From Candidatus Latescibacterota bacterium (GTDB lineage: Bacteria; Latescibacterota; UBA2968; UBA8231): a stretch of 64,000 bases of DNA. Position numbers and translations under genes: made by a program. Below are positions 19,831 through 29,761 of the stretch, in pieces. The notes beneath the pieces were generated by a model. It did not search any database. It saw only the letters and a list, made by a program, of their open reading frames with translations, and had not been told where the DNA came from. The stretch covers positions 5,184,001 to 5,248,000 of the forward strand of contig OZ252098.1 of the NCBI GenBank assembly GCA_965248355.1, given 5' to 3'. Position 1 is the first letter of the stretch. Each line of letters begins with the position of its first letter.

Positions 19831-21168
19831 ATGGACAGCGAAGCCGACTTGGTGCGTCGGTGTCAGAAGGGCGACACCGCGGCCTTTGCCCCGCTCCTGC
19901 GCCCGTACGAATACGCCCTGGCGGCGCTGATCCGCTACCGGATCGGCCACCCGCAGCACGCCGAAGATGTGCTGCAGGAGGTGCTGGTGCGGGCCTGGAC
20001 GCGGATCGGCGCGCTCCAGGAACCGGACAGGATCGGCCCCTGGCTGATGCAGATCGGCCGCAACCAATGCCGCGACTTCTTCAAGGGGGCACAGAGGCGC
20101 GAAGAGCCCACCGAGGGAGCCGCTCTGGCGAGGGCCGTGGACAGGGACTCACTGAGGCTGCATCGACGGCAGCTGCAGCGGGACGAAGCGGCCCTGGCGT
20201 TGGAGCAGGTGCCCCAGCCCCAGCAGCAGGTCGCCCGCCTGCACTACCTGGAAGGCTTGAGCATCGCCGAAATCGCCGCCCGCGGCCAAATGGCCCAGGG
20301 CACGGTCAAACGGCATCTGTTCCAAGCGCGCCTGCACATGCGCCGAAGCATGGGTATCACGGCTCGGGGAAGGAGGCCAGAAGTGCGAAGCCAGGTATCG
20401 AAGAATCAAGAGACCGGACAGCCCTTCCCCCGGCGGCGGCCAGAAATCGCCGTCCGCGAACTGGACGGGGCGCCCTTTGCGGTCGAATGCCCCGAGTTGC
20501 GCTGGTGGCTGGTGGTGCCGCGCCTGGGCGAGGAAGCCCTCCAGGTCACGTACAAGGCGCCCGACTGGCGCCTGGAGGGCGTTGCCCGCATGAGGGTGGT
20601 GCGCCCGGCCGCCGTGGACGGCCTGGAAGGCGTGGAAGTCGGCGTCGAGGAGTGGGACGGAGCGATTGAAGGCTGGCGCGATGCCGGCTGGTCCATGTGC
20701 GCCCGGGAGAATGGGGAGGAGATCCAGTATCTGGCGGTCATCAGACAGCAGGCGGAGGAGATCTCCATCAACACCTATCTGGGCCTGGGCTTCACTGAGG
20801 CCTGGGCGTGCGTGAATCGCCGCATCGAGGACACGGGACGTTTTGTGCGCCAGCCGGATGGCTCGTGTAAACAGGCCCACAGCGCCGACAATCTCGACGC
20901 CAGCGGTGCCGGGCTGTACGAGGTGCGCATCGGCGACAACGTCTTCAACTGTCTACGGGTGCTGCAGCTTGAAGGCTTGGTCACTGAAGAAGACGCGCCC
21001 ATCGACGAGGCTTACATCACCGCCGAGGGCCGCACCGTGCTGATCCGGGACTACGCCCACGACTGCTTTGACGATATCGATCTGGACTGCTCCCATGCCC
21101 TGGAGATCGACGGGCAGACGCTGTACCACTGGACGGACCGGGTGACCGGAGCAGGACTGGGGCTCTGA
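19831..21168 (+). CDS. ECF sigma-70 factor with long C-terminal extension
   Basis: Region 2 (AEDVLQEVLVRAW...WLMQIGRN) and region 4 (LHYLEGLSIAEIA...GTVKRHLFQAR), then ~260 additional aa. Confidence 0.88.
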   Translation: MDSEADLVRRCQKGDTAAFAPLLRPYEYALAALIRYRIGHPQHAEDVLQEVLVRAWTRIGALQEPDRIGPWLMQIGRNQCRDFFKGAQRREEPTEGAALARAVDRDSLRLHRRQLQRDEAALALEQVPQPQQQVARLHYLEGLSIAEIAARGQMAQGTVKRHLFQARLHMRRSMGITARGRRPEVRSQVSKNQETGQPFPRRRPEIAVRELDGAPFAVECPELRWWLVVPRLGEEALQVTYKAPDWRLEGVARMRVVRPAAVDGLEGVEVGVEEWDGAIEGWRDAGWSMCARENGEEIQYLAVIRQQAEEISINTYLGLGFTEAWACVNRRIEDTGRFVRQPDGSCKQAHSADNLDASGAGLYEVRIGDNVFNCLRVLQLEGLVTEEDAPIDEAYITAEGRTVLIRDYAHDCFDDIDLDCSHALEIDGQTLYHWTDRVTGAGLGL

Positions 21169-21260
21169 AGTTTGCAGCCGACGGCCTCCAACCGCCTCAC
21201 TCGCGCCGGCTGATCCTCCTCCACTCCCCCCGACAGGCCAAAGGAGCACCGACAGAACCC

Positions 21261-21289
21261 TTGACCGAATCGCAGGGGATGTGTAGTAT
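21261..21289 (+). promoter_or_regulatory. Sigma70 promoter of the XRE gene (near-leaderless)
   Basis: TTGACC-N17-TAGTAT ending 9 bp before ATG 21299; no SD sequence. Confidence 0.6.
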
Positions 21290-21298
21290 GTACGATAC

Positions 21299-21652
21299 AT
21301 GACACACTTCGGCGCAACGGTCCGCAAGACTCGCGAGAGGCTGCGCAGGCAGGACGCCCGCTTCTCGCTACGTCAGGTCGCCGGTCGGGTGGGTATCGAA
21401 CCGGCTTACCTGAGCAAGATCGAGCGCGGCGACGTGGCGCCGCCCTCGGAAGCCACGACAGTGCGGCTGGCGCGGGAACTCGGCGCGGATCCGGACCTGT
21501 TGCTCGCGCTGGCGGGGAAGGTCTCCGGGGATCTTCAGGAAATCATCCGCAAGCGGCCGGCGCTGTTCGCCGAATTGATCCGACAGCTCAAGGAGGCGCC
21601 GGACGACGCCATCCTCCGGGTGGTTCGCGAGGTGCGAGACGGTGACTGGTAA
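21299..21652 (+). CDS. XRE-family HTH transcriptional regulator
   Basis: FSLRQVAGRVGIEPAYLSKIERG...PPS...LARELG HTH. Confidence 0.92.
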   Translation: MTHFGATVRKTRERLRRQDARFSLRQVAGRVGIEPAYLSKIERGDVAPPSEATTVRLARELGADPDLLLALAGKVSGDLQEIIRKRPALFAELIRQLKEAPDDAILRVVREVRDGDW

Positions 21653-21676
21653 GAACCTTGAGGAGAGAGCGAACAC

Positions 21677-22677
21677 ATGATCACGCTCGAGAACGACCAG
21701 CTGCACTTCCGATTTCCCGACGTCCACGAACAGGCCCACTGCTACGATCTCGTTCCAGCGGACGCTGCGCATTCCGGATGACGGCGAGTCCTACCCTCTG
21801 CCGCCGGGTTTCGGCGATTTCCCGTTGCGGCACATGGACGACTACGCCCCCCGGCTGCCGGAGGAATGGCTCCGCCGCGGCGGAGTGCTCATGCCCATGC
21901 ATCAGGCCGAGGCCATGTGGATGAGTTTCGACTCGCCCTCCGAGGATCTGGGCTATCCGTTCGCAGTCAAGATCGCAACCGGCAAGGTGTGCGCGGTCAG
22001 CGGCGGCGCCTGGGTGGACCACCTGAACCAGGATCCGCAGGACTATGTCGTCCTGCCCGACCAACCCTGGCTCGACGGGTACTGCGTGGAGAAAGGCCTG
22101 ATCCGGCAGTTTGTCGCCATGCCCCTGGGCGAAGGCTACACCGTGGAGGAGCAACTGACCGGCGCCGGCGAGCACGGAGGGGTACAGATCATCGCCTTCC
22201 CGATGAAGCGCGACCGCTATGAAGCGCTTCTCGCGAGTCGAGCTCGGCGCATGGAAAGGGCCTACTCCGTGCCTTATTTGGCGTGTGCCATGCCCATGGG
22301 GCTGGCGCCGGGAGGGAGAATGAGGCAGGAGATCTACGACGATCCCCCATGGCCTGGACGCTTGGGACCAGATGCACGCAAGCCGGTGTTTCGTCACCAT
22401 TGCGAATTCTACGCAGTGGATGGCCATGACGGGCGAGCGCCCGCCTACCGAGCCCCCGACGGCGCGGGAGTACGCCAGAGCCGGGCTCCCGTGGTTCGAA
22501 TACTACAGCGGCGACTCGGAGGCCCTGGAGGGCGCGGAGAAGTACAAGGCTCTCGCGAGCCTCTCCGAAATCGCCGGGCAGAAGGGCGAGAAGCCACCGC
22601 CAGAGAATGAATCACTTGCCGAGACACGCGTGGTCAGACTTCGGAAGCGGAGCGCGCGTCAGGTGCGCGAGTCGTAG
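21677..22677 (+). pseudogene. Conserved hypothetical protein (FQRTLRIPDD family), two frameshifts
   Basis: MITLENDQLHFRFPDVHEQAHC shifts +1 near 21743 to TISFQRTLRIPDDGESYPLPPG...; shifts again at a C run near 22345 (DP|HGLDAWDQ...AGLPWFEYY). Confidence 0.8.
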
Positions 22678-22713
22678 GCGTCAGGACCTGGGACGGTTAC
22701 TACCACTTCTGTC

Positions 22714-24287
22714 GAGGGTGCATTAGGTGATTGTTACGGTTCCGGTGGTTTTGTGGGGTGATCTTGGTGCTGCTGGAAGAGGCGATCGAGGGTACCGTTG
22801 TAGAGGGCGCAGCGCAGGGCCAGGTGGCGTTGCTGTTTTCCTGATACCACCAGGCGCCGGATCGCTTCAGGCGAACATGGCCGATGAAACGATGCGCCGA
22901 TTCGATCGCCCCCGAGCCGATCGGGTAGCCCCCCTTGCGATGGCTGGCGAAGTCGATCTGGTGCAGCCGCTTCTGCAGGTACGTCACGGCCGTGCCGATC
23001 GCCTCTTCGGCCTCGTCCGAGACCGGCTGCATGCGCTGCAGACCCCAGACCACGCCCGTCGCCTCGCCGCAGAACAGGCGCGCCAGCGTCGCTTCCAGCC
23101 AATGGCGGGCGCGCGCCCCATCGGCGCCGTATTGCGCCTCGGCCACCGCGTGCAGGTAGCGGCTGCAATGGTAGTAGTCGAGGATCTGACGGGCCTTCGG
23201 GAACAGCTCTTCCACCCACTTCCAGATCCACGGGGCGCCATCGGCGATCGCACACAAGCGCACCTGGTCCTCCGGGATCAGGCCCGCCTCCTTGACTTGG
23301 CGCAACGCCGCGCCGAAGGCCTGTTCGTCGCCCATCTGGTGCCAGGAGATCAGCTGCTCGATGCGCTCATCGTCGACCAGGTAGAAGCGAAAGCCCTTGG
23401 CCTCGTGGTATTCCCCCTGCCAGCGCCTTCGCCGGGCCCGGCTCTTCTTGCGCCCGGGACGCGTCCCCTTGGCGGTCTCGGGCCGGCTGGGCACGTCGGC
23501 GCGTCGATGGCCAACACCACGATCGGCCGCCACTTGCGGCCGGCGGCCGCTTGCGCAATGCGATCCTGGATGTCGGCCGCCTCCGGACACACCTGCAGCA
23601 CGTCCAACGACCCGGTCTGTTGCAGCACCTCGTGAATCACACTGTCGCTCATCGACGCGTCGGTCAGCTCGTCCAACAGCTTCGAGGCGCGCTGGTGGGG
23701 CATCTCCAGCGCCAGCTTGACCCCGGCCTGCTGCACGTCCCCCTGCTTGCGGTGCCCCGACAGGGCCAAGGCCTCGTCCAGCGGATGGAACCCGTGGTGA
23801 CAGGCCGCGCAGTAGAAATAGGGACGCTCCAAGGTCACCGGCCCCAAGAGCGTCTCCACCGTGCGCGAGCGCGAAGCCCGCGCCGGCAGCAGGCGCTCAC
23901 ACTTGGGGCAAGCCGCCTCTTGTTGCGTCAGCAACGGGCCATGGCGGCGTTCGACAAAGGCCTCCACCAGGGCCGCGGTGAGTCCGGCGCGCTCTTGGGA
24001 CACCGCGTCGGTGATCTCCATCGACGTCGGCGCACAATCCGGGTTGGGTCATGCCCGCTTCCAGCCGATCCAGCAACGCATCCAAAGCTTCATGCGCGCG
24101 ATCTCGGAAGCGCTCCCACAGCTGCCGCTGCTGAAAGGGCGCCAGAGAGAGAATCGCGGTCATCGCTCCCCTCTTTCGTCAAGGCATGGGAGCCGGCCGC
24201 GGGGGAGGCGGCCGCCGACAGCAAGTCACTGGAAAATATACACATACGTCCCGAATTCCCGCTATAACAATCGCCTAAGGTGCCCTC
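22714..24287 (-). mobile_element. ISKra4-family-like insertion sequence (decayed)
   Basis: Imperfect TIRs GAGGGTGCATTAGGTGATTGTTAC (22714-22737) and reverse complement of 24264-24287 (GAGGGCACCTTAGGCGATTGTTAT); flanking TGTC direct repeat. Confidence 0.85.
22734..24163 (-). pseudogene. DDE transposase (ISKra4/UPF0236-like), three frameshifts
   Basis: CPKC...RPYFYCAAC..PLDEAL, AID|ADVP, ADGAPWIW, ILDYYH, YPIGSGAIES, LALRC pieces in different frames (shifts near 24040, 23503, 22828). Confidence 0.88.
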
Positions 24288-24336
24288 TGTCGAGACCCGG
24301 GACCTGCAGGTACATAATACATACTCTCCCCGAAGC

Positions 24337-25095
24337 CTACTTGAACCTTCGAGCCGCTTCCCGCAATTCGATGATTTGCTTCACCTGCTCTCTTGTAGCT
24401 TCGCACCCGAGTCTACGTAGGAAGGAGCTGGCAACAGCGGAATCGGTAATAGCTGCGTTCCCGCTGGGATCAATTACTGAGTCGATGTATCGCACTGAAT
24501 CTACAAGCTGTCTGGTATAGGTTACAAATGCCCCTGCTCTTGGTCGAGTACCGACATGGTTCGCTATCTCCGTGTTGAGTAACCGCTTGCTGATGTGTCT
24601 CAGAACCGAATGAACTGAATCCAACGCCTTTCCCACTTGCTGGAGGTTTGCGGGTGGCAAGGGTTCCGCGTCAGGCATCGTTGCTAGGGAGAGATCGGTG
24701 TGGCTGATGCGCCTGTTTCTCCAGTCACGCGCGAACTTGGCGGCTTCAAGGGCCGCATCCACACGCGACTTCACCTCGGGACGCAGTATTGGATCGCAGA
24801 ACTCGGGTAACATCTGGACGGTCAAGTTGACCTTGCCTGGGCCACTGCGAACGGGATCGGTCAGCCTGCTCACGCGCAGCATCAGGTCATCCCAGAGTAT
24901 CTGCTGAATGTCCCAAAGGAATCCGCCGCCCGTAATTGCATTCAGGAGCTTGAGGTGCTCGACCTTGCTGAACAACACCCGGAACTCCTCGCATCTTATT
25001 CGCCCGGACGCCCAGGCTCTCAACAGTCCATCAAAGGTGGCTCCGAACTCTTCCCCGAGCCGATCCTGGTAATCTCGTCTAGTGGTGTCGCTCAT
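24337..25095 (-). CDS. HEPN-domain protein (AbiU2-like)
   Basis: AAGGGAGG RBS before ATG 25095; LMLRVSRLTDP...NLTV and Rx4H-type motif RDWRNRRISH; AT-richer DNA. Confidence 0.7.
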   Translation of the reverse strand: MSDTTRRDYQDRLGEEFGATFDGLLRAWASGRIRCEEFRVLFSKVEHLKLLNAITGGGFLWDIQQILWDDLMLRVSRLTDPVRSGPGKVNLTVQMLPEFCDPILRPEVKSRVDAALEAAKFARDWRNRRISHTDLSLATMPDAEPLPPANLQQVGKALDSVHSVLRHISKRLLNTEIANHVGTRPRAGAFVTYTRQLVDSVRYIDSVIDPSGNAAITDSAVASSFLRRLGCEATREQVKQIIELREAARRFK

Positions 25096-25150
25096 CTCTA
25101 TCCTCCCTTTAGTACCAACAGGTCGCCTTGCGTAGTAGATGTCCGGCACC

Positions 25151-27190
25151 TCACCCCAGTCCCCTGGGCACGGTGACGCTCCAGCTCTTGTCGAAGTAGT
25201 GGTCCCCGTCGACGGTCACCACCACCTCCGACGAGAAGTGGTAGGACTCCGCGTCGCTTCGCAGGACCTCCTTCGCCTCGACGACGATCTTCTTCTCCGG
25301 ATGCGGCGGCTCGTACACGTACCCGGCCTTCAGCACGGTCTCGGCCGGATTCTTCGGCGACACCGTATACCTCGACCACGCCCGCCCGGGGACGGCGCTC
25401 CCGGTACTGTCCCTCGCCAGTTCGGCGGTCACCGTGCCGGCCACGTGGTCGTGGGTGATCTCGTGCCGATTGGGGGGCAGGTCCTCCATCGTCGCCGGGG
25501 TCCGCGGCGAGGGCTCGAAGACGGCCTCCGGCAGTGACCGGCTTGGCGCCGGCGTCACCGGCAGCACGACCCTGGACGGGTAGTCGCGGCCGCAGTGCAC
25601 GCTGTTGACCGCCGCCAGCGGGGTGGGCCAGGCGTTCTGGAAGTCGGCGCTGGCCACGCTCAGGCGGATGCGGTGGCCCTTCTCGAAGAGGTAGGAGACG
25701 TACTTCATGTCGATGCGCAGCTCGTAGACCTTGCCCGGTTCCATCGGCTCGGGACTCGAGTGCGAGCTGCGGTGGGTCCCGAGCAGGCCGCCGTCGGTCA
25801 GCCATTTCGAGGTGCCGTCCGGGGCGACATCGGTCAGCTTCACGTGGAAGTACGCGGTCTCCGCGCTGGAGGAAACGTGTAGCACCGCCACGGGATTGCC
25901 GGTGACCTCGAGATCCCGCTCCAGCGGCGGGGTGGTCCAGGTCAACGACAGGGCCTCGTCGAGCCGCTGGTCGACCGGCATGGCCCAGGGCATGATCCCG
26001 CCGCCCCAGTAGATGCCGGCGGTGATTCCGACAGCCGGGTTGTAGGTGTACTCCCTCGCGGAATTCTCGCAGTCCGGAGCCTCGGGGCCGAGCTCTCCGC
26101 CGGAGTGGAAGTAGAAGGGGGTATCCCGGTTTCGCGCCGGGGGCCACTCCTCCTCCGATCTCCAGAACCCGGCGTCCTCGAGGTACATGTGCGCCGCCGG
26201 CTCCTTGTACTTGCGCACGAAGATGGAGACCGCCGGCTCATCCATCACCCCGGTCTCCTCCTCCTTCAGCCAGCGGTCGTACCACTTCAGCATCTCGTGG
26301 CGGAAGTCGATCCGGGGACCGGGCAGCGCGTCTTCGGGCCAGTAGTGGCCCCACGGACCAAGCAGGATTCTCTTGGGGACGTCGAGCCGGGAGAACGCCC
26401 GCAGGATCGGGGTGGGGTAGGGATCGGCCCAGCCGCACCAGAACAGCACCGGCACCTCGATGCGGCCGTAGTCCGGCTCCAGGGAACGCTCCCTCCAGTA
26501 GGCTCCCTGAAGCGGATGGGAGATGTAACCGATTCCCCAGGGGACGTTGTTCTCCAGGCGCTCCTGCCACAGCTCCTCCCACAGCGGCCCCGCGATCTCG
26601 ACGTCGGGGGGTGCGAAGTTGCAGGCCGTCATCAACGGCGAGTAGCTGTCGAACATGTAGGGGCGGATCGAGCCGCCGGGGTGGGTCCAGTCGAGGTAGA
26701 CGTCCGTGTTCGAGGATCCCATCACCAGGGTCCTGAGATGAGGCGGCCTCTGGGCCGCCACCTGCCACTGCACGACGCCGCCGTACGACATGCCCCACAT
26801 GCCCACGGCGCCGCTGCACCAGGGCTGGGCGGCGACCCACTCCACCGCCTCGTACCCGTCTCGCCGTTCGCGCTCCGAGTAGATGTCGGTGCTCGAGCCT
26901 CCCGAGTTTCCGGTGCCGCGGACGTCGAAGCAGACGACGGCGTAGCCGCGGCGGGCGAACCAGGCGGGCCCGTGCCGGCGGTGGTCGTACCCGCTCTCGG
27001 AGACGCCGGCTTCGATGCCGGTCAACCGGCGGTAGGGGTGATACTCGAGGATCGCCGGAAACTCCCCGGGCGCGTCGGGACGGGCGACCACGGCCGCCAG
27101 CTCGACTCCGTCGCTCATCGGCATGCGCACCCGGCGGTCCAGTCTCACCTCGTATTCCGGCCGCGATACGGGCCGGCTCGGTCCGTTCAT
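25151..27190 (-). CDS. CocE/NonD family hydrolase (peptidase S15-like)
   Basis: MSDGVELAA, DVRGTGNSGG, nucleophile GMWGMSYGG, GWAD, GPWGH, C-terminal GHRIRLSVAS. Confidence 0.92.
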   Translation of the reverse strand: MNGPSRPVSRPEYEVRLDRRVRMPMSDGVELAAVVARPDAPGEFPAILEYHPYRRLTGIEAGVSESGYDHRRHGPAWFARRGYAVVCFDVRGTGNSGGSSTDIYSERERRDGYEAVEWVAAQPWCSGAVGMWGMSYGGVVQWQVAAQRPPHLRTLVMGSSNTDVYLDWTHPGGSIRPYMFDSYSPLMTACNFAPPDVEIAGPLWEELWQERLENNVPWGIGYISHPLQGAYWRERSLEPDYGRIEVPVLFWCGWADPYPTPILRAFSRLDVPKRILLGPWGHYWPEDALPGPRIDFRHEMLKWYDRWLKEEETGVMDEPAVSIFVRKYKEPAAHMYLEDAGFWRSEEEWPPARNRDTPFYFHSGGELGPEAPDCENSAREYTYNPAVGITAGIYWGGGIMPWAMPVDQRLDEALSLTWTTPPLERDLEVTGNPVAVLHVSSSAETAYFHVKLTDVAPDGTSKWLTDGGLLGTHRSSHSSPEPMEPGKVYELRIDMKYVSYLFEKGHRIRLSVASADFQNAWPTPLAAVNSVHCGRDYPSRVVLPVTPAPSRSLPEAVFEPSPRTPATMEDLPPNRHEITHDHVAGTVTAELARDSTGSAVPGRAWSRYTVSPKNPAETVLKAGYVYEPPHPEKKIVVEAKEVLRSDAESYHFSSEVVVTVDGDHYFDKSWSVTVPRGLG

Positions 27191-27330
27191 GTCCTCTCTC
27201 CTGGTTGGCCTGACCGTGTTCCAGGCTCTCCGCCTTGACAGAGACTCAAGAGAAAGCCCTTGTTTTCCTAGACCCCCATGCTGGCCCTGGTGGTCACCTT
27301 CCTCGCTTCGGCCTGGATCGCCCGAGACCA

Positions 27331-27984
27331 ATGAAGCGCATTCACTATGCAATCTACGTCGGACTGCTTACTGCCATGAGCGCCACTGGTGAGACTCCTT
27401 CTTTCGAGAACGACTACGGCCGAGCCGATATCGGCAAGCCGTGGGAGTCGATGATGGTCAGTCAGGGCCTCGCTGGATGGCACGCCAGTGAAGCTCCCTT
27501 TACGCCTTCCGTATGGCGCCGCGAAGGCGCCGCAATTATCGCCGACACAGGACAGGCCAACCGCGGGCGGCTCATCCAGGGAGATGGGACGTGGGCTGCC
27601 TATGAATTCAAGGTACAGGCCACCAGAGAGAAGGGATTCGCCGGTCCGCAGCTGGTGTTCGGAATCTCGGACGACGGCATTTCATCGTATTTCCTGACAT
27701 ATCTGGCCGGCTGGAAGACCATGGTCATTGTCCGTCGGAACGAGGAGACTCGTGAGGACGTCAAGCTCGATGTCGTCGACTTCGTCATGGACCCTGGCCG
27801 GGAATATGACATTGTCCTCAAGGTCCGGGATCACTCGGTGACGAGCTACGTCGACGGCGTTCTGGTCAATCGGTTGACACTGGCGGAGGCGCCGCGCGGT
27901 GCCGTTGGCCTGGCTGTCTGGGGGAACAACAACTCTGTCGTTCGGTTCCGCGACCCGAAAATCAGGCACTACTACAAGCGATAG
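27331..27984 (+). CDS. Secreted DUF1080-like / concanavalin-fold protein
   Basis: Signal-like N-terminus; GLAGW, W..YEFKVQA, GAVGL...VRFRDPKIR pattern. Confidence 0.65.
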   Translation: MKRIHYAIYVGLLTAMSATGETPSFENDYGRADIGKPWESMMVSQGLAGWHASEAPFTPSVWRREGAAIIADTGQANRGRLIQGDGTWAAYEFKVQATREKGFAGPQLVFGISDDGISSYFLTYLAGWKTMVIVRRNEETREDVKLDVVDFVMDPGREYDIVLKVRDHSVTSYVDGVLVNRLTLAEAPRGAVGLAVWGNNNSVVRFRDPKIRHYYKR

Positions 27985-28037
27985 CCGCAACCACCACTGA
28001 CCAGGGGACACCGGGAACAAGCCCTCTGTTTCTCCCT

Positions 28038-29135
28038 ATGCCCACGGCCCTGTGGAAATGCCTGGCGATAGCCCTGCTCGCCGCTTGCCCCCCAGCTCTC
28101 GCGCTTGACCAGGCTGCGCTCACGGCGCAGCTCGAGGACGCGCGCGCGGAGATGGAGATGCCCGGGCTGCGTGCCGCCGTGCGCTTCCCGGACGGTCGCA
28201 TCATGCGCGCCGCCGTGGGCCTCGCCGACGCAGAGGAGGCCATCCCCCTCGACGACACCGTGGGCATGCCTGGCGGCAGCACCGGCAAGACCTTCGTCGC
28301 GGCGCTGACCATGTTGCTGGTCGAGGATGGTGTGCTTTCCCTCGACGACCCGGCGTCGAAGTGGCTGGGCGACGCGACCTGGTACAGGAAGGTGCCCAAC
28401 TCCGAGGACATCCGAGTCCGCCACCTCCTGTCGCATTCCGCCGGTATCGGCGACTACCCGAGCTCGACCCGCTACCGGCTTGGATCCATCTTCCGTGCCC
28501 TCCGCCACGGCACGATCCGCTTCGAGCCGGAGGAGCTCATCGCCTTCGCCGGACGGAAGCCCCTGTTCCCGGCGGGTGGGGGCTTCTCGTACACGGACTC
28601 CGGCTACCTCGTGCTCGGACGTCTGATCGAGGCGGCCACGGGCCGTGACTACTACGACCTGCTCAGAGAGCGCATCCTCGACCCGCAGGGCCTGCACCAG
28701 ATCGGGCTCCAGGATCGGTCGGTCCTGCCGGATATCACGCCCGGCTACATGCACGGCGCCCGGAACCTGAGGAAGGACGGCACCATGAAGATCGATCCGT
28801 CTTCCGAATGGACCGGCGGCGGGCTCACCACGAACCCGACCATGCTCGTCGAGTTCTACGGCGCCCTGACCGAGGGACGCATCGTGCAGCCGGAGAGCTT
28901 CGCCCGGATGCTGGATGGCGGCTGGCGCGACCCGGCCACGCCCGACTGGCACTACGGCTTCGGCCTTTTCGTGTACGACGGCGGGGCGGCCTTCGGCCAC
29001 GGCGGCCTGTGGCCCGGATACCGCACCCATGTGACGCACTACGCGGCGTCGGGGACGACGATCGCCGTTCAGACCAACCGGGACGGGCGCCTCGACATGC
29101 AGTCGCTCGTGACGCGCATCGCAAAGGAGGAGTGA
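28038..29135 (+). CDS. Serine hydrolase, beta-lactamase/AmpC family
   Basis: Signal peptide; SxxK (GSTGKTF), LLSHSAG, FSYTDSGY, GHGG. Confidence 0.9.
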   Translation: MPTALWKCLAIALLAACPPALALDQAALTAQLEDARAEMEMPGLRAAVRFPDGRIMRAAVGLADAEEAIPLDDTVGMPGGSTGKTFVAALTMLLVEDGVLSLDDPASKWLGDATWYRKVPNSEDIRVRHLLSHSAGIGDYPSSTRYRLGSIFRALRHGTIRFEPEELIAFAGRKPLFPAGGGFSYTDSGYLVLGRLIEAATGRDYYDLLRERILDPQGLHQIGLQDRSVLPDITPGYMHGARNLRKDGTMKIDPSSEWTGGGLTTNPTMLVEFYGALTEGRIVQPESFARMLDGGWRDPATPDWHYGFGLFVYDGGAAFGHGGLWPGYRTHVTHYAASGTTIAVQTNRDGRLDMQSLVTRIAKEE

Positions 29136-29711
29136 TGGGAAGACTGGAACGGGCCGGGCGCGTCATCGTCGCCGAAGGGGGGAGTTGCCCCTCCTTGGAG
29201 CGCCTGAGCAACGGCGACCTGCTGGTGGCCTATCGGGACGACACCCGCGGAAGCTGTGCGTGAGCGTGACGCGCTCCACCGACTGCGCCGGACGTGGCGC
29301 AAGGAGCACACCTTCGCCTACGGCGTCTCGGCGGAGCGGCCGACGAGCGGTTATTGGGCCGTTGATGTCAGAGAGGCGGGCCGTTACCAGATCGAGCTGC
29401 GGCGCTGGCCCACGGAGACCGGCTATGCCCTGACTGCGGGGATAGAAGGCGACGACAGCGGCTGGTACCGCGCCGGCATCCAGCCGAAAGACGCCACGGC
29501 CTACGAAGGCGGGGTCGCCCTCCCCCTCGGCTGGGCCCAGTTGTCCATCGGCGGCCGGAATCTCCAGCAGGAAGTCGATCCTGCCGCCACGAGCGCCTGC
29601 TTCGAGATCGACCTCGTCCCTGGGCCCGACCGGCTCAACGCATCGTTCCACGACCACGCAGAGAGGACCATCGCCCCTTACTATGTGTACGTGCGGCGGC
29701 TATCCAAGTAA
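29135..29711 (+). pseudogene. Chimeric remnant: BNR/sialidase-like N-terminus joined to arylsulfatase-like C-terminal domain
   Basis: MGRLE...PSLERLSNGDLLVAYRD with a broken Asp-box (RSTD.GRTW) across frameshifts, then GYWAVDVREAGRYQIELRRWP...YYVYVRRL. Confidence 0.55.
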
Positions 29712-29761
29712 GGATCAAGGGAACGCATCTCTGCGACACTACACTCGAGGGAGCCTTTTCC

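Noticed and set aside
28038..29135. Beta-lactamase-family gene (and the CE7 and penicillin acylase genes) as antibiotic resistance
   Set aside because: These are broad hydrolase families; the motifs do not indicate beta-lactam specificity and the genes are not clustered.
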